The notes beneath the pieces are model-generated. The model did no database searches. It saw only the letters and a program-made list of their open reading frames with translations, and was not told the origin of the DNA. Positions 25,459 through 39,689 of a DNA stretch of 64,000 nucleotides are shown one piece after another. How positions within the stretch are numbered: position 1 is the first letter of the stretch; every line of letters begins with the position of its first letter. The position numbers and the translations under genes are program-made. This DNA comes from Amoebophrya sp. A120 (lineage: Eukaryota > Protista > Dinoflagellata): contig CAJINV010000010.1 of NCBI GenBank assembly GCA_905178155.1, forward strand, positions 2,302,778-2,366,777, given 5' to 3'.

Positions 25459-25958
25459 TCACCGATACACCAGCGTGACCATGGCCATGACGATACAGCC
25501 AATGGAGACGTAGGGACTGAGTCGCTTCTATCCTGTGTAAAAACGCCCCCACCCCACAGTTGTCCTGCAAATCAGCATGAGGAAAATATCTCTCATACGG
25601 AGCCCCATGATGAGCATTGTCGAGTCGTGTTTCGGAATTTGCTACGCTCAAACCAGCATGATGCGCTAGATCTGTGATGCTTCTGAACTGGCTAAACAGG
25701 ACTACACTACGCAGCCAAACTTGTCATGCGCAGCAGCCAAAGCTTGCCGATTTGTCTTGCAGATTTCCCAACTTGACTATGGGATGGGGACGTTTTTACA
25801 AATGATAGCTTCCCTATTACCGCAAACCGCCCCGCCATGCCGCCGAACCCCGGCCTCTTGGGGTCTATAAAGGAGAAGGAGGGCTGGAGGTAGGTACAGG
25901 TGCAGATGGCCAGGAGCATCGCCACAAGCAGCGACGAGAGAGAGAAAAGCACCGTCAT
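25459..25958 (-). CDS. TMEM167: Protein kish (TMEM167)
   Basis: MTVLFSLSSLLVAMLLAICTCTY...FAVIGK|RLSPYVSIGCIVMAMVTLVYR* after removing 25529-25807 plus one TSD copy. Confidence 0.9.
25529..25807. mobile_element. Introner family D
   Basis: TIRs; TSD gcttc; sole intron of kish. Confidence 0.95.
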
Positions 25959-26929
25959 GATATTTAGAAGTAGTACTTGTGGATTACAACAACTTCTACC
26001 GTTTATTTGATGTGTGCCGCGGGGCTTGGTCGTCTTCTTCTCTGGGGGTTCTTTTCGGAACTTGAAGCTACAAAACGAAGCGGAGAGTGAAGTATGTGTG
26101 TGTGTCGCTGTTACAAGAACAATTTAAAAATATTTTGATTTTTACTCTCAAGGTAAGTAGTTGGCTGTTTCTTTTCCAACCACATACGTGCTGATACCAT
26201 GCCAACATGTGAAAAGGCTACTGAAACTCAAAAAGTGAATTCATCACTAGCGTTCGTGGCAACAGGATCGGATAAGAAGGGCCTCGCTTGATTGATTCTG
26301 GATCTGGATCGTGCGCGTTGGCCCTTGATGTGATAATGCATTATGTGTAGCGTCTGCACGACGGAACAACGTCGTCGACCCTTGACGAGCCAGAAACGTG
26401 GAGCCAGGACCTGACATCCACTTCATTCCGTGGAGGTCTCGGTCTGGGGCACTAACTATAAACGCCGACTCCTGCGAAAGCGGGAAGCTAGTCTTGTCTT
26501 TCGTTTGTTCATATCGCTAGGTATGATAGATTGAATTAGAAACTCCTTCTTTTCTACATCCTTAGAGTGCTTCTTTTGTGCTGCTCCTGCTGTGAAGAGC
26601 AGTGGAACTGGTATAATTCGTGGAATGATCTGCGTGCGGTGTTGTTTCGTCCTCCTCCAAAGGGTCGCTTTTTTGCTTGTTGTCAGGACTACAGCCAGTT
26701 GCGCATGGACAAGAAGGTACTCTTCCGGTGTGCCTGTTCACTTGTAGCAAAGGATCCCGCCCAGCACTTGTGGCAGCACATCTTCTTATGTAAATTTTTT
26801 ATCAATCTTCATAACAAGAAACATCATCGTCAAACAAGAGGTTGAATAAAACACCAAATTGTTTTCGTCAATGTCAAAATCACAAAAATCATTCTCATCG
26901 GCTTGTTTTGCGCCCTCAACGCCCCCGAC

Positions 26930-28620
26930 CTACCGCCGCCTGTCCGCGTGGTAGTGCGCCGACTTCGGGCGGTTGACGCCCACCCTGACCCGCCCGGGGT
27001 TGGTCCACAGTTCCGTCCGTGGGCTCACGTACTCGATGCGCGGCGCGTTCTCGTGGAGGTTAGTGGACGATCGGTGTCGCATCCGCTCCTCGCGGGTGAG
27101 CAGATCCATGTCTTCCCGCACGGACTTCAGGTTGTGGCAATCCGCCCGTAGGTTCCCCGTTTTTGTCGTCGTCAGCCGTTCCCACCACGGGACCGCGGCC
27201 GTGCTATTTCCCGACGCTATGACAGGGCACAACTCCCCCTCCCCCTCATTTGTCATGCAAAAACCAAAATCCAGTTACTACCTTGTGGCACCGCGTGCAT
27301 GACAAGTTCCGGAAATCCAAACAGTACTTCACTCCGCGCATGATACTGTCATGCACAACAGGGTCCTCCTGTACTGGTGTTTGTAATGCTGTTGATGCCA
27401 TACAAATGAGGGGGACGAGGGGGAGTTGTGCACTCTCATAGCCGCGGTGGCGTTATTCGTCGTGCTGTTTGGCGTGGTAGGCCGCGTCGTGTGATTCGGG
27501 TGGTGCTGCGCTGCTTGTTGCGGATCGTTCTCGTTCCGATACGTGTTATCTAGTAGTGTGATTTTTGCCGCTCAGCAAATAAAATCGTGCGGATAAAGAA
27601 GTGACTCGTCGATATTGTGCCGAACAGCACCTAGTCCCGGGCAAAAAAGATGATGGAATCGCTTATGTTATATATACAATTCGCCGCCCCGGTGTATGTG
27701 ACCCTCTCTCCGCCAACCACTGCCCCGGCCCCCGCTCCCGTGTAGGTTACCCTTTCGCCGGTGTGTGCAGTGTGTGCGGAGCTGCCCGCGCTTCTTCCAT
27801 GGGGGTGCCCGGAGGAAGGGCTGTGATTGTCAGTTATGGTTTATGATATTCCTGATGCTGATGTGCAATGACAAAACAAAATTTGAATTTTTTCACCGCC
27901 AGGTAGTGCCAAGTCTGTCAAAGTCAAACAGGGGAACTACTTCTATACCGGCTGTGCCCCCCGTGGTTACTCGACTGCGATCGGTAGTGGTAGTTGTGCG
28001 ATCGGGCATGCGCGCTGGGGTATGGTGAAGAAATGATCTCCATCTTCTGCAGACTCGAGAAGATATGAAAGGAGCTGACATATTAAAGTCAAATCGGTCT
28101 TATGCACACACCATACGAATACACCATGTGCACGTTGAAACACCGCAAGTAGGAGGACTTCTGCACGGCTATATGAAAAACGCACCTCTTCTTTTTCAGC
28201 ACTGCAAACTTCACCCCTCGACTGCGGTGATGGAGACTCAGCTGGTCTACTTTCCTTGCATAACGTGATATTTCTCGTCGGCCGGACGTTCCGGATCTGG
28301 TCGAAATTTCCTCCTATCGCGGGAAAATGCGCCACTAGCACAGCAGTCTTGTCATGCAAAACACATAGCACCTTATGTTATGCAGAAAAGGGCAGTGATG
28401 TACAAGAAAACACACAGGCTCGTTGCCTACCTGCTGCTCAAGTTTTAGTTTTACCGAGACTGCATGTTGACAAGCTCTGATGTTGCGTCAGCGTTTTTCT
28501 GGATTGGGTACGAATGTGGTTATACTCCGGCTCGAAGACGACACGATCAGCCCACATCTTTATTTCCTCGATCTTTTGTACTAGCTCAGCTCCAGCTCCT
28601 GAGTTTCTATATATAATTAT
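26930..28620 (-). CDS. Hypothetical protein, 5' end uncertain
   Basis: Frame restored across the 27218-27440 element (..NNATASGNSTAAVPWWERL..); upstream exons are tentative. Confidence 0.45.
27218..27440. mobile_element. Introner family F
   Basis: TIRs; TSD gacgc/gccgc. Confidence 0.9.
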
Positions 28621-29294
28621 TTCGTTTTTCGTACTAAGTGCTTCACGACCAGCTCCTTGCGCATTGTTTATTGCTTCTCCTTGCTAATGTTATGATAGAA
28701 AACGGCGCTGTCAAAAACCTTCATGTTCACGGCAATTGCATTTCCTTATTTCTTACACGACATAAAATAAATTAGTGGCCGTTCTAAAACTACCATGCAT
28801 CATTTTTACGGCACTTGACGCAAGGGCTCTAGTCTTGGTCACTGTTGACCACTGCTCCTCTCGCGCTTTTTTTCCTCTCAGTCTCGGTAGCGGAAGCACG
28901 TACTCTACGCAGTAGCCCGCAAATTTTTGTTCCACCTCTGCGGTACTTGCAGCTTCGCTCAGCATTTCTTGTTCCTGTGTCACGCACGGGTAGGCATAAC
29001 ATGCTGTGATCGTTTGTCCTCTCACAGGCAAACCCAATGAATCGCAGCACGGCGGCTGCGGCACAGAAATCAGTACCTCGGTAATAAAGAGCGATCCAGT
29101 GACGAACAGGATTTCTCACTTGCGTGTCCCCATCCGTGACTATGAGTTCACGTAATAAATACCATAGGTTGTACTTACTGAAAAAAAAGCCTACTTATGT
29201 ATGAAACGTCAACCAAATTTGTTCAAGATCAAAATCCATATCCAAGAAACAAAAGTACAAAGCTGTGCGGGGACTACAACAAGTCGAAACTAGA

Positions 29295-32200
29295 TCAGGT
29301 CGCGTTCACTTGTATCATTACCTGCAACAACTTTTGCATGTTCCAAACCCTCGCATCCATGCCCACTATTTCTTCCACCAAAGCTGAGCGAGAAGAATTA
29401 AGATCCCCTTGCGCAGACGGAGGAGAATTATCTTCGATCTCATTATTTTCCGCCTCTATCGCTTGCACCAGCATTTCACAGAAAACCGCCGGATGGATTG
29501 TTCTTGTGTTTGCGCTTCCTGGCTGTGCATGGGCTTCAGCAAGAGAAACTCGTGCTTCAGGAGCAGCATGCGAAGATATCCTGAGTAAAAACGTACCCGC
29601 ACCAGAGTCAGGATGAGGATTTTGCAACACAAACCTAGGAGTTTTGTGAGTCACGCATGACAAGTTGCACTATGCAGTGTGGTGCAGGTTAGCAAGTGCA
29701 TCCGCATCACAGATTCATCTGCTCATCCTGTTCACAGCATCACAAATTCCAAAACACGATTGGAAATGGCTCTCATGGGGATGCGCATTACAAGTCTTCC
29801 TGTCTTTGCAAATCTGCATTACAACTCTGGTGTGGGTACGTTTTTACTCAGGATAGAAGAACTGCCTACACCACCCTGCTCGCCGCGTCCAGCACTTCTC
29901 CTGGTGTTCTCATCCCCTGGAGGCAGAAGCAACCCCCAAAGCACCTGCGGAATCTGCAGGTCGCACTCCCGCAAAGTATGCATTGCAAATATGTCTGGGT
30001 CTGGAAGAATGCAAACTTGTGATGCTGCATTTGGATGCGAGAAAAATCTGTATTGCCAGAGCAGCAAGAAGAGTCAAATTTGGCAATGCGGAGAGGGCAT
30101 TTGTCATGCAGGATGCACATCGATAGGCGCTCAAAAAATTGTGATGCTATGGCATACATCACAGACATCATGGATTATGGAAAATGTGCATGACAAACTT
30201 CTTCTCTTCCAGACCCAGACACTTTTACATTTAATACAAAGCGGCATCGATCATTTGCAGATAGGTTTTCCGCATCACAAACTCCGACTTTTCGTGTCGC
30301 AACTTCAGGAAGAAGTCGTGGCTCAGCACTTGCTCGTCTGTTTGGCGTTGTGTAGTAGTTGCAGCACTAACGACCGTCAAAGAAGAGGCTGACGAGGCGC
30401 GTCGGGAAGGCAGTCCAGACGATCCTTCGGCGCCGGGAATCGAAGACGATTCTACTTTTGCTGCCCCCGCCGGCGCCGCTGGCGAAGGCACGATCTGTCT
30501 CCCCTGCATGCGTAGGGTGGGCGAAGCAGTGGGTGCTGGAACTGCTGGTTCTTCAACTTGTTCTACTCCGGGTTGTGACTGTTCATGTTCTTCGCGTTCG
30601 ACGGTGAAGTTCCTCCTGCCGTTTCCCCCCCGCCCTGTGTCGCTGGTTTCCAAATCCACCCCGCTGCCCCGCCTCGTGCCGGGATCGCCACTACTACTTG
30701 CACTGCTTCTCCGGCTTCTCGCCGGACTTAAAGAAGTGTATCGCTCTTTCACCGCTTGTATTGCTCGTTTCCCGAAGTTCAGAATATCAAAAGGAATGAA
30801 GTAGCTAGAATTTATTGATCAGCGCAGCGTGAAAACAAAATCTAATACGGATGTAGTATGCAAAAACGAAATACCAAACAGAAACAGCTTCATCTCATGG
30901 TGGACATTTTTATGCCCTTGTGTCATGTCAAGCGATAGTTTCTCAAGATTTCCACTTTTACGTATGTTTGCATGTCTGGGAACAATGACACAAACAAGAA
31001 AATGCGAAGTAGACATGATCCTAGCTCTTTTCACTCCACTACATGACCACTCCGGTCTATCACAAGAAAAAAGTGTTACACATACACATTTGCTGGAGTT
31101 TCTGCATCACAAAGTTGCTCGACATGGTCAAGAAAACCTGTGATGCGCAGACTACAAGGGAAAACACGAATAAAATGAGGCTGGCAAGCATTTCCTGCAT
31201 GTTTGTCTGTCTTGCTGGTCTTCCATCAGAGTGTGTAAGTGTAACACTTTTTTCTCAGGATACGGTCCCCGCGGCCCGAGCCACTTGAGACACCTATGGA
31301 TTGCAAATATGTCTGGGTCTGGAAGAGTGGAACTTGTAATGCTGTCTGTGGATTCTAAAAATATCTGTGTTGCATGAGCAGCAAGAGGAGTCAGTTCTTG
31401 GCACGCGGAGAGGGCATTTCTCATGCGCAATTTGCATCAAGAAGCTCTCAAAAAATCTGTGATGCTAGCACCAGCATCACAGACCTCACGGGTCATGCAA
31501 AATGTGCATGACAAGCCCCGACTCTTCCAGACCCAGACATATTGGCACTCGATAACACGACGGAAGCAGCAACCCCGCCGGTCACCGCCTCCGAGCCCGC
31601 CGCTGCTGCAATCGCTCCCGCGGCCGAGGAGCTCGCGCCCCCGCCCACCGCCGCATATGCGAAAAAAACTGTGTAAGTGTAAACTTGTGCTGCAGAAGAT
31701 GCAACAGAGTCACACCTGTCATGCCAGACAGCCATGAAGTCCTCTTTTCGTGTGTGTTTTCCCTTACAAACCATGCATGACAGGTTTTCTCTGTCATGTA
31801 GAGCAAATTTGTGATGCTGTTCCTCAAAGATAGTTACACTTACAAACTTTTTTTCCTGGATACCGCACCCGTCGCCACCACCGAACCCACCGCCGCGGCG
31901 GCGGTCGCACTGTATCGCAAGAAAAATCTGTAACCTTGTGATGCACAAAGTCGTCCCTCTCAGGCGCGTTTGTCTTGCTACCCGACATGTTGCACGAAGA
32001 CATTATGAAGCACGTTTTCCCTTGGAGTGCAGCGCCGCGCATGGCAAATTTTCTCCTGTGTCATGTGCAACAAACTTTGGATGCAGTGTCTTGCAAAATC
32101 ATCACAGTGAAATAGTTTTTTCGTAGGATACGGTGCCTCCGGCGAGTAAAGCGAGTTTCAGCATCCGTTTCGGGTCGGTTTGCACACTGTAGGACCGACT

Positions 32201-33855
32201 GGTCCGAAAATCGCAACCGCACTTCTCCGAGCCGACTTTACACCAATGCGCCATCAGCTCGCAATTGCGCACGAGAAGGTCGTATTCGATTTGCGGCTTT
32301 TTGCTGTAGTAAGATGTTGTTGACGGTACGGAGATTACCGGGTCCTGCTGGTGAGCAGTGCTAACGCTAAGAGGATCTGCTGCATCAGCGTGTGGAAAAT
32401 TGCTGTTTTCATCTTCATCCACCTCCGCGATCGGCAACTCCACAAGCGACAACGCCCGCAAGATGGTCACAAAAGCCGGGTCCGCCTTTTCGTTGTGCGC
32501 CACGCCGGCGCGCTTTATGGCCGATTCTCCGTACGACGCGTTGTATTTCACCCGGTGCGCGTGCTGCGAATCCTTCAAAAATTCCTCCAGAGTCGAAACC
32601 AGAATCCGTCGAGAAAGTATCGAGTCCGCGGACAATCGCCGATGGTAGCGCCATTGGATGTTTGGGTTGTGTAGACAGCTGCAACTAGAAAAGAAATCGA
32701 ATCAAGAAAAAAATGTAGCCTGGCAGCGCGATTAATCAGTCGATCCTGCAGCTAGTTTTAACAACCGAATAAAGCATCTTGTTGCACTTTGAACTTTGCA
32801 TCAAACAATTCTTGCCTTCTACCTTCTGCCACATCACACATCCCAATGGCCTCAAAGGCAAAAATCTCGCCTGTGATACGCGACACCCAGCCACTGAAGT
32901 GCGCGACTAGCACTTCCTGCTTGTCCAGCTCAGAAAGAGCCCCTGCAGCTTCGTGCTCTCCCGATGGATGTCCTGGCGATGTTTTCCCGTCTTCTTCGTG
33001 CGACGATACTGCCACGACACGACATTGTTCGCTCCTTCCGGATCCGGGCGGCCGGCTTGTTCTTTCCCCTACTTTCCGCATCCCCTCCGTCGGCCACACC
33101 ACAATCCCGTGGTGAGAATACGTGTACGCCAGTCGGTAGGTGTAGATGTGGTCGCCGGCAATCAAGTCGTCTTTGACCGTAATGTGCGTCTATTCTAAGA
33201 AAAAACGGCCCCACCTCGGTGTTGTCATGCAAAGTGGCATGTCTGATACGTTTGTCATGCGCAACCCCAAGAGGAGAGTTTTCACGTGCTATTTGGGAAC
33301 TTGTCAAGCTCGAATCAGGGCGAGGTGCTCAAATTTTTCTCATGGAGGTGCACACGCTAAACAGGACTACACGAGAACGAGCTCACACTTGTATTAATGC
33401 GCAACAGCCAAAACTTGCTGCTTTCTGTAGCGAAGTCGCCATCTTGACTCTGGGGAGGAGACGTTTTTACTCAGGATAGCGTCAGAAACTTCTTCACCGA
33501 GTCCAAATGCTCTGCAGAAGGTGTTATCAAATGTAAAAGTGTCTGGGTCTGGAAGAATGCTGCAACTTGTCATGCTAAATCTGAAGCATGCAAAAATCTG
33601 TGTTGCATGATTACCAAAAGTCGTCCAGTTTTGACCAAGTCGGGAGGGAGTTTCTCATGCAGGATAGGCATGAGAGAGATTGCACAGAATCTGTCATGCT
33701 AGGGTCCTGCATTCAAGGCTTCATGGGTCATGGAAAAGCTGCATCACAAATCGCGCATTCTTCCAGACCCAGACATTTGTACAGTTGATAGGCGTGGCCG
33801 ATTCGGCCAGCGCCTCGCCCGCTTCTCGCGCCAAGGCGGTGGCGAGGGACTGCAT
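29295..33855 (-). CDS. LRAT/NC-domain (permuted NlpC/P60) protein with long C-terminal extension
   Basis: GDHIYTYRLAYTYSHHGIVV...VAHF...YDLLVRNCELMAHWCKVG; 8 introners. Joining of the 29295-30790 exons to the LRAT part is inferred. Confidence 0.7.
29577..29855. mobile_element. Introner family D
   Basis: TIRs; TSD gaaga. Confidence 0.95.
29977..30236. mobile_element. Introner family A
   Basis: TIRs; TSD caaag. Confidence 0.95.
31058..31262. mobile_element. Introner family C
   Basis: TIRs; TSD cggtc. Confidence 0.95.
31295..31554. mobile_element. Introner family A, inverted close copy of 9765-10029
   Basis: TIRs; TSD acacc/acacg. Confidence 0.9.
31656..31862. mobile_element. Introner family C
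   Basis: TIRs; TSD ccgca. Confidence 0.9.
31913..32130. mobile_element. Divergent C-like introner
   Basis: Eroded TIRs; TSD cactg/cggtg. Confidence 0.8.
33191..33478. mobile_element. Introner family D
   Basis: TIRs; TSD gcgtc. Confidence 0.9.
33525..33790. mobile_element. Introner family A
   Basis: TIRs; TSD ggtgt/ggcgt. Confidence 0.9.
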
Positions 33856-34782
33856 GTTGGTGCCAATTTCGTTTGATTCTGAAGTCAGTATGAAGTCGGT
33901 GTCGGTGTCTGTACGTGTACTGAAATAACTTAGGTCACGAAACTCAAAAAGTGACCCATACGTACACTGAAGAGAAAAACCATATCAAAAAGAAAACTCC
34001 TCTTTTGATGGAGAACTAAGCGAAGCGTCTACTTTGTAAACAAAAGGAGCGCGTGCTTTGTAATCGAAACCGACACGATGTAAAAAAAACTGCAATGCAG
34101 CATATTAGCATCTCCATACAATAGAGAATGATTCAATAACTGGTGACGACGCCTACTCGCCATGAGATAAAAAGGAGCACTAGACCGCAGTACGTAGTAT
34201 CGTTTATTTCCCTCAATTCTTCACCCCCTCCCAACACCATCTTCGACCCCACCAAAAAGCCCTTGTTGATCGCATTTTCGATTTAGATTTTACACTTAGC
34301 ATTCGCTACAAATACCGACATGGCAATTTTGACCGACGAGGATTTTCATTTTTGTATTATATATAAAACGGGAATGAGATCGGAGAACCTCCACAGAGCC
34401 AGGGTTCTTTCTCTTTGGCAACGGAACCTACCAGTCGTGCAACATAGTAGAAAACAACAACAAGATGCAAAAGTGGTTTGACATAGACGCACGGAGCGAA
34501 AAGGATCAGCTCCTCTGTAAAGAAACCAATCAAAAGCGACCACGACGTTCTTGACCGACCACGACTCACGCCTTTGTCTATTTTGAAGGAACTTCATTTT
34601 CGGATCAAAACACTTGACGACCTCTTCGGAGAGATGGTCCATCGTCTGCTCGCGACCGAGGCGGAAAACTCGCCTTCGAACAACGTACGTCCAATAATAT
34701 GGAGCAGGCTGTTGGATATCCAACTACCTCCACCTCGAGTAGCGATAGTCAAAGCGGGGTGACGTATTGGTATCTTATGGGC

Positions 34783-35712
34783 AATGGAGAGCGAAAAGCG
34801 TGAGTGTTCTTGTTTGAGGCTCAATAAAATTCAGTCACAGTGCCGCGGTCGAAGCACAGCGAGCACTACACTAGTAAAAAGCGAAGACCTGGTTGTATTT
34901 GAAATAAACTATTTCTCAACGAGAGGGAAATGAAATGAGGAAGCGCTATGCCTATAGCTCGTCCTCTGCTTCGCTTCTTAGCTGTGTTATGCCCGTGCTC
35001 CTTTTGCTTTTTAAAAACGCCAAAAAAACATCTCACATGTTGGGTAGACGGCGACGGGCTACGACGTGACAGAGTGAAATAATGTAAAATAGGTCCCAGG
35101 CAGGCTATGCACGTACGAATCAAGTCAAAGGCATCAAAGTGGGAGTAGAGTCGTAGTTGTAAAGCTTAGAGCTTGATGCGTTTGTGTTTTTTCATATGTA
35201 ATTTTTTTGCGTTTTTGTGATATGTAATTTTTTTGTGCTTTTCTCATATGCAATTTTTTTGCGTTTTTCCAATATTTCACCCGCACGAAAAAGTGATACT
35301 TAACTCTGGGGCTGTAGGAAATGGAGATGGAAGCGCGTGAGTGTTGTTTGAGGCTAAATAAAATTCATTCACAGCGGCGCGGTCGAAGCACAGCGAGTAC
35401 TACAGTAGTAAAAGCGAAGACCTCGACCTGGTTGTTGTATTCGAAATAAAATATTTCTCAACGAGAGGGAAATGAAATGAAGAACCGCTATGCCTATGCC
35501 CCATCCTGTGCTTCATTTCTTAGCTGTGTATATGCTCCTGCTCCCTTTGCTTCTTACTTATTCCGCCTAAAAAAACTTCTCACATGTTGGGTAGACGGCG
35601 ACGGGCTACGACGTGACCAAATGAAATATTAATGTAAGGTTGGTCCCAGGCAGGCCATGCACTTATGAATCAAGTCAAAGACATGGGAGTGGAGCCGTAG
35701 TTGTAAAACTTA
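34783..35712. repeat. Diverged direct duplication of about 390 bp (34783-35165 / 35320-35712) around a short T-rich tandem repeat
   Basis: Shared blocks such as gcggtcgaagcacagcgag and catgttgggtagacggcgacgggctacgacgtgac; spacer holds about 3.5 copies of tttttcatatgtaatttttttgcg. Confidence 0.85.
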
Positions 35713-36359
35713 CAGACCGTATTCCGGAGGGGTTGGGTAAAAAAATAAAGCGAACTGAAATTCATATTCATGAAGGACAAACTTCTTGTGAAAAGATGTG
35801 CCGTGGCGAAAAGGCTATTGATATGCGATGACTACATTCTGATTTTTTCATAGGTGCACAAAAAGTAAAGCGTAAATCCATGGATGATCTCCTTCAAGGC
35901 AATTGCAGCTGCAGGATGCACTTCAGCGTGCGTACTTACTGCGGTTCGGGCTTTATTCTTATCGGTTCTTCGGTGTGCATTCGATAAGGATAAAGCTGCG
36001 AACGCTCGTCTGATGTCTACTGCAATAGCAATTATCGTGGTCCTAAAAAGATAATACTGCCAATGCCGCCGTTTCGTCTGATGATAATGGTTGTGGTTTA
36101 TTTTGGATAAAACTTCCCCGAAATCTTATGTCTACAATCTTCGCAAGGAACAAATAATCGAAATAAGTTTAAAGAGGTAGACGAGTGCAAGTTTGGACTT
36201 TCGAGATCGCACTGATTGTTTGCTTTGTCTGTTATTGTTTGTATGTTTATTTGTACTTATTAGTAGTGTCATATCTAATATATTACCACTTGAAGAAAAA
36301 ACCTGGGTAGAAAGGCTTTTCTAGCTTCCATACCCACCTTCACATGTCGGTAGAAAGGC

Positions 36360-37018
36360 TTACCTAGCTTCACATTTTTCCGTGCAATAAGGCCCCGTGT
36401 GATCGCAATAGCCGTACTGGGCGCGCTCCCGCAGGCTCAAGCAGTTGCCATCCCCTTGAGCCTGTTCCTTGCTCATCCACTCATAACCACCATCAGCGCA
36501 CCCCGAACCACTATCAGGGCTGCGTTCACACCAGCAACCCCGGCCCACAACCTGTTTATTCCGGAGATTTGGGTTCATTTTCCATGCTTTCATGATCAAG
36601 AGCGTTCGCGCCGTTCATTCTTTTAGTTCTACCACCCCAATCGAGCAGGCGCCCAGAACGCCCGCTGGGAGAGCATCTTTTCGATCGACATTCAGGGCAT
36701 CGACCATCCAATGGCAGAGAGTGTGTGTGCCTGTGCCTGTGTGTCGCACTCTGAATACTAAATTGGAATCGATGCGGCTGCCAAGCCAACAATTACAACA
36801 TGCCCAACTATGGCAAGACAGCAAGTAGTAAGCAAGTACCTTCTTGAGGTCCTCTTCCGTGCATGATTTTTGCGTCGCCTTCTTCTTATCCACCTGCATC
36901 ATCGATCCCGACACTTCGTTTCCCGCCCACATCAACTTCCGCGCTTCGGGGGGGGGGGCACCACGGCCCCGGCCACTGTGGCCGCGAGAGGGAGGAGCGC
37001 AACGGACTTCCTCGGCAT
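36360..37018 (-). CDS. Possible small secreted Cys-rich protein, frameshifted at a G11 run
   Basis: Hydrophobic start MPRKSVALLPLAATVAGAVV; Cys-rich ORF 36360-36599; exon structure unresolved. Confidence 0.3.
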
Positions 37019-39689
37019 TTTGATTGATTGCACAGCTGTGGTAAGGTTAGAAGTTCTTACTGCAGCAGATGACTTGTTTGTCTCCGTCGTCTGTTTGTGA
37101 GTTTCGTTTGTTTGCCCCCGGCAAAAAAAAAGAGTTTGAAAGTAGCTTTCCTCAGCTTCACTGTAGTTTGTGCTGGTTCATCAAAGAGAGAGAGATAGAT
37201 GAGATGACATGTACACACAGTAAATCTATTTTTCGACTATCTGCGACAGCGCTCCGTCGACCTACAGCTTGTATTTCCATTGTCAACGAAGATAAACGAC
37301 TAGAGTTCATACATACTCCCTTGTATGTGGTGGACCTTCATCGTGTCCAAATTCTTGACTTGGGAGGAACGGTACGAGTGTGTCACGACAGAAAGAACGA
37401 CCCACAAAGAGCAGCTGGTTTTGAAATTGACCCACCACGGAAAGAGACGATATTACCTACGACTCTGATAGTACGGTACGACGATGATTGCATCAGTATC
37501 AGTGGCAGTTCTACGGTTCATACATAATTAATACGATAAGACGATGAATCGGCCACAATTCTACGAACGCACGAAAATGATAAGTACGAATACCCAAGGT
37601 GGGAACAGTAATATGGGCTCGTCCCCGAAGCAAGAACACTGCCGTGATTCTCATTGCGAATCCTTTCACCACTGGTTGTAAACACGACAGACTTCCTCTG
37701 CAGTCAGTGCACGAGAGCAAGAGGAGGCGATTCCGAACGACAGCAAAAATCGATCAAGAGAACTAGCCGAAGCCTTTTCATTTGCATAGTCAGATGCAGA
37801 AAAAGAAGCGCTACCTCATTTTGTACGGGGATGGCGTACATTTGTGTAGCTGCGAAGACAAAGAAAAACGGAAACACACTGCCGAATCACAATGTCCTTC
37901 CTGATCCCGTCCTCGGTCTCGAACAAGTAACGACGCGCGTTTCAAATAAGAAAGAACTCCTCTACAAACTTGTCGCAATCCATGCTGTATGCCTTTCCTT
38001 CCCCTGTGAACAAAATCGACAAGCTTGTTATCGAAATTCCGATTCGTTTTCGTCTTCTACTTCTCCTCCCAGAAATAAATCGATTGAGATGCGCGTACAA
38101 ATTTTCTGTAATCTCTGGAACAAGTACAACTTCTGAAAAACGTTGGCGGGTTCTTGATTTCCATCCTTTTTGCTTCTTGTTCATCTCCACTTCATCCGTA
38201 AAACCGGGCGCTCGGCACAGTTCTCATTCTTTCTTTCGCTGGGGTGACGAGTCAGGTGATGGTCATGATCGAAATACCACATTTCGATCAACATGTCGAA
38301 CGCTCTGTAGTATCTGGCCATAGCCGAGACGCGGCCAGACTGCATGTACTACTACGTACCAGTGCCAACAATAAGAAACTGTCAGAAATTTATACCCGAC
38401 GAAAATGGATACCAATACCACTTTATTGCACCTCAACTTGTGCGGGACTGTGTCTATGCCGAGCGTCTGGTGTCTGTCGTCCATGTATTAGTAAAGTACT
38501 TCGTACCTGTCGCTTTGTCAACTGTTTCATTGTCAATCATAGTTTTGTAAATGTGGTAGTAAGTTGTACGTACTAGCAAATTGATTCTTTTGAGATTTGA
38601 CTGGATTGAAAGAGGAAAAAACAACATTTGAAAACATAAATTGTCTGCTTGTCGCCAGCCAGCTAGTCGGGACAGAAAAAAACCAATTACGTCCTTGGGA
38701 AAGAATAGAAATGAAGGGGTATTAAAGTCAGAGCTAGAGGGCATGAAGCCGGCGCATCAAAAAGAAAAAGTACCTTTAAACAAGAAAGAGTTCTGGCTCG
38801 TCTCAGTAGGGAGGCGAAAAACAGAAATTGTTCATGTCCTCGCAGCATTTATGAAGAATGTTGAGCCAATAATTATCTGTTGGTTGCCAAGAAAAGCTCG
38901 TGCCAGTGTTGCGCGTCCTTCGTTCTCAAGCCGCGATCGCGAGCACTCGAAAAAAGGAACAAGCCGGTGACCTTTCTTCATCGTCGTTGTAGATGTAGTT
39001 TATTACACACAAAAATATACACGACGCCAAGACGAGAAATAAATCACCACTTCAAAAACCCAAAGCTGAAGCACTTCTCGGCTGTCTAGATCGATTTTTA
39101 GAAATCAGAGCACCTACGTACTAGACCTGCTGCTAATGCTACAGAAAGTCCTGCTAGGTGAAATACTAACTATCTATGGAAATAATGCACATGAGGGCAC
39201 GACAATGCGCATCTTCTTGAAGAGAGTACTACACCTTCTATGCGGTCCAGGCTTGTTCTTCTTGTCAGAAATTGTGATGTTGAAAGAACCTTTGTAAAAT
39301 TTGTATCGATAAAATAAACTGAATTGCGATTATAGAGTTGAGAACAATTTGGCGAAAAATCAAGAAGTGCTCAATGTGCCGCCGCTGTAAAGAAAACTCG
39401 AATCTCGTTGTTGTTTCGTCGAAGTCGAACAAGAAAGGTCGTCGTGTAGATAAAAATCCCTTCTTGTCAATGTGAAAAGCTTGTCGCCGAGGAAGTTTTG
39501 TCGAGGGAAAGTAAGTACTTTATTTTCCCCACATAATTCAATAGACAGATTTCGCCGCGCTGCGCCAATTTTTGTCCCCGTGGTCGTTGGTAATTTGTTT
39601 TGTTTGTCGTGGTCGGTGGGGAGTTCTTGTGGTTTTTGCCAAGAACGCACTAGTTCTAGTCGTGCAGAGAGTTGTTACTATTTCCCTCA

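Noticed and set aside
37500-39300. Possible gene or autonomous transposase in the element-free region
   Set aside because: Only short ORFs with no DDE, RT or recombinase motif recognisable by eye.
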